Positions 41,001 to 53,100 of a DNA stretch of 64,000 bases are shown piece after piece. The position numbers and the translations under genes were made by a program. The stretch is taken from NCBI GenBank assembly GCA_905178155.1, contig CAJINV010000007.1:4428258-4492257 (forward strand). The letters are read 5' to 3'. Numbering within the stretch: the stretch's first letter is position 1; every line of letters begins with the position of its first letter. Source of the DNA: Amoebophrya sp. A120. Lineage: Eukaryota; Protista; Dinoflagellata. The notes beneath the pieces were generated by a model. That model was not told where the DNA came from, searched no databases, and was given only the letters and a program-made list of their open reading frames with translations.

Positions 41001-41719
41001 ACAGGCTTTCGTGTCGCCCCCCAATCTGGTCCTCATGGTGTCTCCGCAAAAATCCGGTTGGTCCTCTCCGGTGGGGATTTCCGCCAGCCAGCTTTCCTAG
41101 TTTCCGGAGTTCTTGACTAGCCGAACCAGCGATATGCAGTGCAAAAACATCTTTCATCTGGCACACGCACGTAAGTACAACTACGAGCTGCAAGAGCAAG
41201 ACGAGACGAGCAGAAATGTGCATGCCAATGTTGATGTAGCTCTCCATCTTCTTCATGTTCATGTAGTTCATGCCCCTGCTCATCCTGTGGCAGGAAGTTG
41301 TGGTCTTTTGAACAATCCCTCGAAACCGTATGTGCGTGGGTATGATGACGACAAGCAGTACATTCTTGCAATGCATAAGCCGCGCCACTCGAGGACGACG
41401 GGGACGAGGCGCCGGCGATTCCACCTGTCGCCCCTCCTGCTGCAGCAGCTCCGCCTGCTTCTCGTCGTACAAGCTCAGCAAACGCTCCTGTTGCACCACT
41501 CGCTGCTGTTGCAGCCCAGAAAGCGACGAGCGAGCGACAAGTGGATGTAGCACTGGAGGCGCACTTCCGCTGAAGTTTTCTAGTTTGATTCGCTTTAACA
41601 TTCCGCCCCTCTGCATTGTTTCCGCTGCGATTCATAGGCGACATCGTTCTGTGATATAGTCCAGCCGTTGTAGCACGAGAAGTCGTTCGCACTATAGAAC
41701 GGGACGCGGCGGGCGCCAT
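38077..41719 (-). CDS. M28-family zinc aminopeptidase, ~631 aa, 8 exons (41719-41380, 41129-40498, 40285-40237, 39932-39786, 39656-39588, 39255-39143, 38973-38710, 38358-38077)
   Basis: Reconstructed motifs NVVAELK, VGAHYDS, APGADDNASGVA, RPIYFVAFSAEEEGLYGS, LIMDQVGY, GSDHISM..FPAVLLIE, GHTIDDT. Exon lengths sum to 1896 nt with consistent phases. The catalytic exons are absent from the ORF track. Confidence 0.9.
38363..38708. mobile_element. TAT...ATA element (TATGCA family) forming a now-canonical GT-AG intron (38359-38709) of the M28 gene
   Basis: Imperfect TIR TATGCATGACAAACTGTTCTC vs TATGCAGCGCAAATTAATCTC. Flanking 5-mers on the mRNA strand CCTGG / TTAGG. Confidence 0.75.
39260..39586. 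mobile_element. Degenerate TAT...ATA element, intron in M28 gene
   Basis: Imperfect TIR TATGGAACAGGAAAGATAAATCGCAAT vs TATCGCCACGGGAAAAACCGCACGCAAT. 5-mers CCGAG/CCCAT. Removing 332 nt restores NRPIYFVAFSAEE. Confidence 0.75.
39938..40236. mobile_element. TAT...ATA element, family B (TATGAGAGT), intron in M28 gene
   Basis: TIR TATGAGAGT / ACTCTCATA. Perfect TSD CGGAG. Removing 304 nt restores EEEFDCS-GVKCYNVV. Confidence 0.88.
40291..40497. mobile_element. Degenerate TAT...ATA element, intron in M28 gene
   Basis: TAT and ATA ends with a weak TIR. 5-mers ACCTG/TCCCG (mRNA strand). Removing 212 nt restores YIKAYL-EKLPNLDV. Confidence 0.65.
41133..41377. mobile_element. TAT...ATA element (TATGCA family), first intron of M28 gene
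   Basis: TIR TATGCAGTGCAAAAA vs TATGCATTGCAAGAA. 5-mers CGGCT/TCGCT. Removing 250 nt joins ORF 41117-41719 to ORF 40489-41616 in frame (SGAA-GSASQELR). Confidence 0.8.
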
Positions 41720-44166
41720 TTTGACAGTCTTCGTCTTACTTCTCTTGCTGTAGTGTCATCGAAGAAAATACATAGAATGCCATCGACGCCCTCTTCTAGC
41801 ACAAGCACGTTTACGCAACTACCAAATCACAAAGATCCACACGAACGGAAAACCAGAAGGGCTATTTTATCCGGTTTCAAGGTCAGGTGACTTTCCCATC
41901 TGAAATTAATGTCACTTCGGATCTACTTCTAGGTCTAGCAGTGCCACCACTCCTGCTCGTCCAACCTCAATAAACTCAGTGACATCACTCTATCTCCAAA
42001 ACAGGGACGACATAGAAAACACTTCCTCTCGGTTCAACAACCCTTTTCTTCTTCATCATTATCTTGATAAAGTTCTTTGACAGGTGTAGTAAATTGCAAT
42101 TGGTGTGAGCAGAGCTAGTAGATGCTGAACTAGCATACGCACCCGTTTTCCGAACCGACAACACCAGCTCCTGCGATGATGAATTTACGTAAACTTACAA
42201 CGTCTTCACGCAAAAACTCGCGAGACTGCAACTCAATTTCACAACAGAGGAGTGAGTGTTGTGAGAAGGAGATTCCATGGCGATTCCCGAAAGCATTGAC
42301 GACGATTCTCGAAAGCAATTGCAATATGAAGCACCCTGATTTAAGTAGTAATCGACTTAGATAACTGGGCACCATGGTGGGCAGGGAGCGCGCCCAATCG
42401 TTTGCCGCAAAATTTTCCTGAAAGAAACCCCATTCCTGATTATTCTGCTTTCCACCGAAGATCGAACTCTTAGAGGCGCAAACGCAAGCGCGATCCTGTC
42501 CTTAAAAACCACTTGACGCTCTTTCAATGCTCAAGATATCCCAAATCATGCAGAGGCGAAAGAAACAGATGTGATAGTGATAGATCCCGTGCGTAATAGC
42601 GATAGACGGTGTAAACTTTGGTATTCTTCGAATCGATACGGATCGTACTTTGCAACTTCTACGAAATCTGTACAGCAGCAGCCATTGAAAAAAAACCTGC
42701 TTCTGTCCCGCAATAGCATAACTCGAGTCATCTTTCATCTATCTATAGGCTTTATAATTTTGATTAATCTTTAAATTTGAGCAACTTAGGTCCTTGTCAC
42801 CGCCAACATGTTTTTGAATCCATAAAAAAAGCTTCTGCGAGACAATTGTTCTCAGCAATCGGTTAAGTAAGTAACAATGACATATTTATAGATATACCGT
42901 TTTGAAATACCGACGTTAAGAGCGAGGGAGACGAGAGGTTGTCGACAGCTTAAAAAAAAATCAGTACTCGTGCCTGTCTTAATTTCTTTGAAAAATTCGA
43001 ACTACAAATATGCATAAAAGTCCCTTCACTCGTTTTTTGATCTTTGCAGGAGGCAATGACATGCATCTATAAGTTTTTCCGCAGCGACAGCCCCCGGCTG
43101 CTTCTGCATACGCAAGCTTTCATAAGTGTTGTACCTTGTAATGCTATGTATACTATATCGAACGTGATTGCATTGCTTGCACCCTATGAATATGGGTGAA
43201 AAGCCTTCTTAGCGCTCATGGATAAAAGTAGTACCCTTTACATTTTATGAAAAAGATGAAAGTTCTGAGAAACTTACTACAGCGTGTGACACCGCAACTC
43301 AATTGTACGTACGGTTTGTACGTCGGCCGCTCAGATAGTAATCACTTCCTCTTGTTCGTGTTCGTGCAAGGCAAACTCGTGGCTATGCAAAAAACAAAAT
43401 TAAACAGCATGTACGCGTCCTCGCTTTTCATTTTCTCCATCGACATCGATGAGCCCATGCTTCAGCTCAACGAATCATGCGGTAGAAGAAAATACCATCC
43501 ACGTATCCACACCCAGAACCAGATCCAACTCACTCACATACTATAGTATGCATGCCCAAGCGCCGCCGAGGACGTATCAATAAATCGAGATCGACTTCAG
43601 CTAAAAAAAATTGTGGCTGCAAATGCTGTTTCACTCACTGCACACTGTTGAAAAGCCAAAATGTGAGTACGTGGGTCGATAATAATGACTTTGAAACACA
43701 ATGCAGACGAACATCTACCAATGCGCTTTGCTTTTTCATAACCATCGCCGAGAATTACCCGCCAGCGTCCCGGAAAATTCGAATAGAAATAGTGTCCGCT
43801 TGGCTGGTCGTCGTGGGGCACTTATCAAGCTAGACACGCTCCTCGCGAAGGATGGTAATACACAGCTGCATCACCTGTGGTCGGAATGTGAACAATTTTC
43901 AACATCAACATCAAAAACGCAAATTGACTGACCGCGTGTCTACCCGCACGGGTGCGGCTACTAACTTTAGACCGACGCAAGCGCACGCGGATAAAAATCG
44001 GTAAGAGAATGCGAGAGGCATTGCAGAGCACTTTTCGGCTTCCACCAAACGCACGCGCGCTGAGAAGTAGCACGTGCACCAGGTCGCATACTTATAATTT
44101 TCTCAGGTAGTGCCATCGATCAAAAATTTCCGTGTGCTGGATTCGGTGAGGTAAGGCGTGTCTTCT

Positions 44167-47100
44167 TCATGATAAAAACGTGATGACCGCCGTGCCGTCC
44201 GTGATGGCCAGAATTCAAATATCCCACGCGAAGTTACCGCCGCCATCATATTAAGGCTTTGATTTTATTTCGGAGAAGAGATGCTTTCACGTTCACATTT
44301 CAAGCTTATCATGCTTACTCTGTGTAGTTCTCATGCATGGGTGTGCGCGTACTCGTACATAGACATACCTATCACGAAACAATGCTGGTGATGCCGCCGG
44401 CTTACTTCGTTTCTTTTGTAGGATAGCCCAGTCGTGTGTTGTACAAAATGAACGCGTCGTACATTTCGGACAAGAAGATCGGCTTGACACCGGTTGCGCT
44501 ACAAACGTGCGGCCGGATGCTGAATGGCGCGATGCCTCTTAATCCTTGGTACATACCAAGATGCTTGGCAACAGTTTCGCCGTTTTGTCCTTCTCCTTGC
44601 TTGATGAGTGCTTCTTTGTTTTCGATGAGCCTCTCCAGGTTCGCATTTTCTTCACTTGGAGGTGGTGGTGCAACGACGCCGCCTAGTGGTGTAGGGAAAA
44701 CGAGAATCACAGTCAATAAACTGTCTCGCATGATAGATAGCATTAAGCGGCAGGCGGCCCCCGCCGCAGTGCTCAGTTAATATCAGAAATTTACATAGTC
44801 ATAGCCCAACACGGCCACATCTGTGACGTGGACGCGACGAACGATGCCGTCTCTCGGAGCTCTCCGATCTGCCAACTGCCTGTGCCTATATTTGATGATC
44901 AGACCAGAAATTGAAATTGAAAATACTTGCGCGTACCTTTGACCTGTATTGCGTATCCCAAATTTTGTGCGGCCAGGCTGTCCACAGCCTCTTTGATCGT
45001 CTGGCGCGAAAAAGGTACCAAATCCGGGCGCTTGTTGTCCTGGTAACCGGTATCATCATTTTCTGCTTTCGGGTCCCGCAGCAGCTTGGAGCCTCGGGGC
45101 CTGAGGTCTCCGTCTGCTCGGACAACACGCTTCGCCACTTTACACTCAGCGAACTCGTTGCTTTTGGGATCGTGTGGACAGAAGAACGCAACCAAGACGA
45201 GCGAACCCGAACCGCCCCCGCCCGGAGCGCCGCTACCTTCACCAGACGCCTTCTCCTTAAGTAATTTCGCCTCCTCGTCCGCGACAACGACCTCGGCAAT
45301 TTCTTTAGGGCCGGCAGTTTTTGGCCCTTCTGAAGCAGGATACACTCGCTGGAGCTTCAGGCGTGTGTGACGTTGAGTAACTGTTCCGGGTGGACTTGAA
45401 ATCGAGCCGGACCCCTTTCCTGTTGTCGCATCCTTACTCTCTCTGTCGACAGTGACTTGGTACACAGTTATCTCTTTGTCGACAATCTGCATCTTGTCAC
45501 GGATAGCATCTCCTAGGGCTTTGTGAAGTGTCTTTTGCGGCCCTTGGCCAAGGCCAGCCTTTGCCTCCTCTTCGTTCGCAACAATATACACCCAAGAGGC
45601 GGTTTTGGGCTGCCCTAAATATCCCTGTGCGCGCGGGTCGAGTAACCCTGTATCCAACGTACAGGCAGGGAAAAAACTATGGCTCACTCCGCCTACGCCG
45701 CGTGCCTGCAGATCTGGACAGGAGTACGAAAAGGAGGCACACGGGAGGGCAACTTTCGTCGACTTTGTCTTGCCCTCCTGGGCGAACCAACCGTCAGCAC
45801 CACATTTGTCGCCCGCTCCGCTTGGTAGTGCCGGTTTTTGGGCACCAGACGGCGACACGCTGCCAGCCCGTTTCTGCAGGTCCGAGACCTTGAAGTGTTC
45901 TATGCGGGCAGCGGTGGTTTGGCTAGGAAGCCACCAGGCTTCATAGTCTTGGCCATGACTGCGCGAAGGAACTAGTGGTCGGTCTTTGATCCACTCTGCT
46001 TTGTTGATGTCGGAGTCCCGTGATGGCCCACACTCCCCGTAATCTGTTGTCGTTATCAGCTGCGGGTATTCCACGTCAGACCCCTGGGAATCTGTGCTGC
46101 CTGGCACGAGGCAATCTCCTGCGAAATTTCCGTCCTTGGAGAAAGCGTACGTGGGGCCATAGATGTGATGTGGTGCTGGGTCGCCCGAAAGGCCGAAGAA
46201 GAGAAACGAGTTGTCCTGATTCTGCACCATGCTGCCAGCTGATTGCCCGGCAAGCAAGAGTTTCTTCTCCCGCCAAAGCCGTAGAATTTTGGAAAAATAC
46301 GAAGGAGCGTCTCGCACTTCGGCCATTACGTCAAAGACATTTCCGCCACCGATGTAATACATCGTCTTTGCGTCTCCTTCCTTGGGAAATAAGCGATTGA
46401 TGAGCTCGCCTTGAGGAACAGCATCTTCGTGATCGGTATCGTGTGGAATCTTTTGTACCATGTCCGGCTCGTCCGCGTCAATTTTCCAGCTCAGGTTGAT
46501 AAAATTTTCGCCGTCGCTGTGGGGGGAAGGCACCCTAACCCGTAGCTTGTGCCGGACCAAATCAACGTAGAACACTGAATCGTGCGCGATCTTTTTGTAT
46601 TCGGGTACCTGCCGCAGCGAGTCGGTAAATTGCCGCAACGAATTGGCGACGTGTGCTCGGAAGGACGGCGTCATCAGGCACTCGACAAATTCGTATGGTG
46701 GCTGGAACTTTTTCGCTTCTTGTTCTTGTTCTTTCTCTTCTTCTGCTGCTGCTTGCGTCTTTGTTTCCAGCTCCAGTGTGCTCTCTGTCGTGCCCATCTC
46801 ATCTTCATCTACTTCTCCGCGGCATGCTTCGGGATTCCGCAGCATGCTAAGCTTGGCGTCCGCGTTCATGATGAAAGTGAAAGGCGCTTTTCCGTTGGTG
46901 CCACCGCCCCCGCCTTTGCTAACAAACTCCCGGAACAGGTTCACGAATGCCAGCTGCAGGCCGCCATTGTCGATGAGGGTGGACAAGAAAAACCCGTATC
47001 CATAGGACGCAGATCCAGCTTGGGACTGCTGTTCCCGCGGTTGGCCGGCGCTGGACGACATCGAGGCCTCGAGAGCAAGAATGCAGGTCACATACGCGCG

Positions 47101-50100
47101 CTGCGCCACGTGACTGGAATCGGGATACGCGAGGGCAGCGCGTTTCCCGGCAGGTAGGCAACCTGCAACCAACGCCCCTTGTTTTTGTTCGGGTCCAGGT
47201 CCTTGGCCGTTGTTCGCTGTGCCTGCACTACCCTGGACGCCCCCATCTGGTGAAACTACATTCGCATCTTGGATGAGTCGCCACACCCGGTCCTCGACGT
47301 CTTGCTTTTTGCCGCCTGTCGGAATGCATACAACGGACAAAGCGAACAGGGAGGAAGAGCCCAGCGCCTCCGACGACGATTTGGGAGTCTGGGCGGGCTT
47401 CTCTGGGCACATGAACTCCATTGCCTCGAACACGCTGCCATCGCCGCCTAGATACGTGTACTCTCTTTCTTCTTGTGTCTTCGCAAAACCTTGCGCATAC
47501 ATCTTGCACGTCGCCTGGTGGGTGATTTCGGCTTGTTTTCCAGTCCCGCTATGGGGCTGCTGCGTGGCCGCCTCATTCGGGAACGCACCCTTTTGACTTG
47601 CTGTGAGCACCGGCGCGCAATAATCTTCAGGGCCTGGGCTTACGCATTGCCAGCTTTCCTTTTTCCCTTCGGTAGTGGTGCCGCAAACCTTGCACCCGGC
47701 GACCCGGCACGCTTTTTTCGCAATTTTCAGCACCATCTCGTTGTCGTCACTGCTGCCGCCCGGCTGCTGCGTGTACGCTTTGCGGAACCTATCGTAAGTC
47801 TGAGCGAACTTATCAGCGTCACAAGCGTCGTCGGGCCCCGTGACGGAGCGCGAGTGCGCTTTGAAGAGTTCAGCGCCTCCCTCTTCTTTTCCTTTGTTCG
47901 AGAAACCCCATGAAGTCGAGCTCATCAATTTCGTAGATTTTTCGGCCGGCCCTTCTCCTCGCACAAGGAGGAACTCGGCGTCCCCGAGGATTGCCCGAGA
48001 CAGACCATCAAACGGATCCCGGTCGGTCGTGCCACGGACTTCGCCCCCGGGCGTTGTGACGACAGCCATTCCATCGGTAATCGCAATCATTTCGGTTTCG
48101 GTATTTTGCACCAAAAACGTTCCGTACATTAGGGACTCGAAAACCGGCTTCGGTCCCGTGGCGCTGCAGACATGCGGGCGAATGCTGATACCTGGGCCGA
48201 GCCCCCGCAGGCCTTGATACATTCCAAGGGCGCCAGCTCCTACTGAAGCTCCGCTCAGAGCAACCGTGACGCCACCTGGATAGAGATGTTTGTCAGCGAG
48301 CTTTTTCTATTTTTCAGCGCATTTTTTTGCACTGATTCGGGCGCCCACCCTGATCTTTGGCTGCGATTCATGGGCGCCGCTGCACACTCGCATAGCGGGA
48401 CATGGCGTCCACAGCTCATTCCGTACCTCTGCGCAGACGGCGGGCAGGGCGGCGCCAGAGCTTTGCTGTGCTAGCGGGCCGGCCTGCTGTTCGGGCCGGC
48501 GCAAGCCAAAAACACGCCCCCGACCAATACTGAAGGCAACCGGGCACACGGTTAACAACCGCGGTCATGCTGCTGGCCGGCAGGCACGCACCCACGTGGA
48601 ACCCACAGGCGGCAGGGGTGGGCCGCCCCTTCTACTCCGCAAAGAAGGGTCCCGAAGCGAAAGGAGCCGGGTTGGATTCGCCGTCGCAAGGGCAGCGCGG
48701 ATACATGTACCGTGCGCGCGCCCGCTACACCGGGTCGCGGGCGGCTTGATGATCCCCGGTGGCCCGGGGGAGTGTTAGTTTGCCGACCGGGTGTGTGAGC
48801 CGGCAACCGGGCACATGCGCACGGTACGCGGCGCGTTTCATCGGGGCGGCCAAGGCAAGCAAAGAAACACGAGGCGGAAGGCCAACGCAGTGCCTCCCTG
48901 GGGCTTCTATGCTGGCTTTTCGCCGGGCACCTAGGCCGGGCGGGCCCTTCTTGGGTGGCCGGCTGGGCACCTCTCCGAGCCGGCTAGCTAGCTTCGGGGC
49001 CTTTTGGTCGCGCCCCCGACGCGAGTAGGAGATTCGCCCCCCGGCCTTTTTCAATGGCCCCGCCCGAGGACAGGAAAAATCGCAAAGCGCCTCACTGACA
49101 TTCGTTCGTATCTGCCGCGTGCATGAGACGAGGCGATCTGCGCCCATCCGACGCGGCCGGGCGACCGAGCGACCCATCCCCCGAAGGCGTCACTCGGGCC
49201 TTGCGAAACGTCCGCTCGGGGTAACAAAGAAAAAGAACCGCACCGCCCTTCGGCCAACCCATCCGAAGGACGACCGGGCGCCCAGATAGAGCACATGGCC
49301 AAGGCCGCTCGGACCCCTGCCTCTCCACCCCACCATAATTAAATTGGGAGGGCAGCGGCAAAACCAACGGAAACCAAGGCCCGCCAAGGCATATTTTGCG
49401 CAGCTGCCTAACCACCAAGCAAGACACCCGCCGCGGAGCACTGCAAAACACGCAGGGCACGAGAAAACCGCGAACCCGGCGAAGGGGCTGGCGACAAGAC
49501 CCAAGGGCCCGCCCGAAGCCGGCCCGCGCCTTTTTTCCAATTTTGCTGGGTTTTCTGAGTGACACACAAAGAAAAGCCAACGAGGGAGGCTACTTCCACT
49601 CGACAGAGGGGTTCTCGCGCAAGATTCTCGGGCGCTTCACTTCGAATCGTTGGCGCACATCCATGCTTGGATGGCTGGGCCAGGCGCCACTCGGCTTCGT
49701 CCGTTGGGTTCCTTGCCGTCTCCCCGGGGGCGCGGCAAAAATAAAAAATGCACTCACGGTGGCTTGGCTGTCTGCCTGAAACTACCTAGTAAAAAACGAG
49801 CGCGAGCGGCCGCTAGATCTTCATCGTTTTTGCCAAAAAAGCGAATGCCACTCCCTCCCCTTGACCTGATCCCCAAATTAAATGAAAGCGACCAGCCGGC
49901 CCTGGCGGTGGTGGCAGCTGTTTGTTATTTAAGCCCAGGGACATGCGCAAAAGTGCCAGCCACACCCTGTGTGGCCGGACTGTTTTTTCCCGCGCCGCCG
50001 CCTTTCTCCCGGCGCCAACCGCCTTTGGGCGCCCACAGACACCAGATACATTAGACCCCAGCGTGCTGGCTGGGCACCTCAACCAATAGTAGCCGCCCCA

Positions 50101-53100
50101 GCGGGGGTAGTGAGGTCATGGCGGTTTTTTTGTCTTCACGCCAGAAAAAGACGCGAACTCTCTGCCCACCATGCCATCGCGAGTAATGTTATGCAGGACG
50201 GCACGGCGGTCGTTAAAAATCTCGATCCAGAACTGGCCCTCGTTTGGTTTCGAATCGAAAAACCTTCCCCGCATGCTATTGACCCGCCAGGGCCCCCGCC
50301 AGGATCGGCCCCTTGGGAGCCCCAAATCGGGCCCATAGCATGCGGGTTGGTTTTCTGCTTTTGGCGGACTTTGGTTTTTATTGTTTTTCTTTGTGAAAAT
50401 GCCGCATCTTCTGGCCTCAAGTCCGCCTCTGAGATGGCGGATTTTGGTGGCGTCTTTTGCGGGGCCCGAATGTGGGTCAAAATGAAGCCCATACCATGCG
50501 GATTCGCTGTTTTTTCGGAGTGCTACTTTTTGGGCGTCCGTTTTTGGGCGCCCCAAACCGCCAGAAATCAAGGCGGTGGGCGCCTCAGAAGGGCGCCCCT
50601 TTTGCCGGCTCCCCTGCGTCGTTTTATCAAGCGGGAATCGATAGTTTTCGACCGGGCTTGTTTCACGGCAAAGCCCCGGCCGCTTAATAATTGAAAATCT
50701 TTCTTGTCGAAAAACACTTCCGGCCGCTTGAAAACTGCCGGCCGTTTTGCAGGTGAGGTGCCAAAAAAACCGCTAGGATAGAACGTTCGTGACCTCACTA
50801 CATATAAGGCGGCGATGGGACCACGAACAGACCGACCGGGCGCACCCACGGTCGCGCGTGCCAAATACCACAGGGCGGTGCGCTCACTGGATGCCAACAC
50901 GGCAAACTCGCGTCGGGTTGGTAAAATATTGGCTGTGAAGGCGGAGGAGCCTGCACCTGCTTCCGGCCGACCCGAGCAGAAGTCGACGGCCATTTTTTTT
51001 TTTTTGCGGCAGCTGGCAGAGAGGACGCCCAGATAGAACTTGATGAACGCCTGACGGGGGCGTGGCCTCGCCACTTCAACATACATATTTATACAACTCA
51101 CAACAAAGAAAGGCCAAAGGGCTGGAACATTTATTTTCAGTATAAATACCCGCGACTTCCACCTTAATTTTCGTTTCCTCCTGCTGGTCTACACGATTCG
51201 CAGCCGCCTCAATGATGTTTCGCGAAAACGGAACCAGATCAGGGTGCGCGTCTTCATCTCCATTGCGTGCATCCGGGTCCCGCAGGAGCTTTGATCCCCG
51301 TACGCGCAGCTCCCCTGGCCGGTCGCCTCTTCGAGATCGCTTCGCCTTTGCGCACTCGTTATACTTCGGAGACGCCGAATCATGCGCGCAGAAGAATGCA
51401 ACATACACGGTGCTCGGCCGCTCCTGCCCCGACAGTTTCGTCTTCAACCACTGCGCCTCGTCGCCTTCGACTCTTATATGCTTAACCGGCTCGGGTTTGG
51501 GAGAGTCAGAGGGCACCTCCGTCAAGAATGCGCGTGGTACCAACTCGATGCCAACCCCCATCGGCTGCACTGAAGTTGGTGATCCATTCTCCACGTGGCC
51601 AGCTGCCTCAGCGAGAATCACCCTGTACACAAATACAGCTCGATCTACCATGGGCATGAGTGCCGCGATATTTTTTTTGATTGTTAGAGCCACGGCCTCT
51701 TCTTGCGAGTCCTCGCTGCCCGTGTCCCCATCAACGTGCATGTACACCCAGGACGAAGTTTTGGGTTGGCCCAAGTAGCCCTTCGCTTCCGGATCGAGCA
51801 ACCCCGTGTCCTGCTCACAAGCCCGATAGAACTTATCCGAAACACCGCCGACCCCTTTCTCGCGCAGGTCGTGGCACGAATAGGAATACGATGCACAGCC
51901 CTTGAGAGCCCATTCGGAGTTAAAACTTGTGCCGCGGGTACCACATTTCGGCAAATCCACGCCACCCTGCTCGCCGAGCCTGATGAGGCCAGCAGGCTCG
52001 GGACCAGCATCTCCTGCCGCCGGCGCCTTCGCACCTAGTGACTCGCGCTGTAATTCCGACACCTTAAAGAAGTCGATGTTTGCGGCGGTGTTGCGGCTCG
52101 GGTTCCACCAGGACTCGAAATGCTGCCCTTCACTTCGCGGAGGGACAAGAGGGCGATCTTTTACCCACTCACCCTTCTTCTCGTCTGCGTCCCGGACAGG
52201 ATCGCACTCGCCTGTGCTTGTTGGCGTTATCAGCTGCGGCCAATCCAAATCCGATTTTTTGTCCTCTTTCTCCTCCTCGGGGTCGCCGATACAGTTCCCC
52301 GCGAAATTTCCGTCCTTTGAAAACGCGTAGGGCGACTCTTTGTAGATGTGATGCGGAGCAGGGTCGCCCGATAGACCGAACATCAAAAATGAGTTGTCTT
52401 GGTTCTGAACCATACTGCCAGCGGATTGTCCCGCGAGTAATATGTTCTTCGCCCGCCATTGTTCGAGAATATCTGCAAAGTACTTCTGCAGCGCTTCTTC
52501 ACGCACCTCCGCCATAAGGTCGAAGACATTCCCCCCACCGATGTAGTACAAGGATAAGGATTTAGAAATCCCAGTGCTGGCCGCTGATTCGCTTGATGTT
52601 GCCAATTTCGATAATTTCTCGGCCGTCTCTGCTTTCCAATAAGGACTGATAAAGCTCTCGGCTTCCGCAAACGGAATCTTGACGCGAATGCCGTGGCGAG
52701 CAAGATCGACATAGTACGTGGTGCCCCGTGATGTAACCAAGTCAGATAGGTCGGCATTAACGGGTGTCGCCCCTTTCGTGAGCAGAAGCGCGTCGGTGAA
52801 TTGACGAAGGGAATTCGCGACGTGAGTCTTGAACGCCGGCGTCATTACACATTCTGCAAGTGCAAGCAACTCCGTACTAGTTGACCCCGTTTTTCCACGG
52901 CAGTCGGGTGTCTTTGGGTGACGCAACATACTCAGTTTCGCGTCTGCATTCATGATGAAGTCAAACTTCGCGTCATTCGCGCGCCAGTTGTATCCATCCT
53001 TCTGGGCAATGAACTCGCGAAACAGGTTCACAAAAGCGAGTTGCAACCCGCCGTTGTCGATAAGAGTGGATAGGAAAAAACCGTAGCCGTACCGCTCGTG

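Noticed and set aside
41329-41377. Apparent 49-bp mini TAT...ATA element with 5-mers AACCG/AGCCG
   Set aside because: Only TATG is inverted. A much better TIR partner at 41133 explains the frame switch, so this lies inside that element.
44400-44406. Strong-looking GTAAG donor and TAA stop ending ORF 44402-44743
   Set aside because: Both lie inside the inverted repeat of the 44220-44425 element. No in-frame AG acceptor precedes the final homologous exon.
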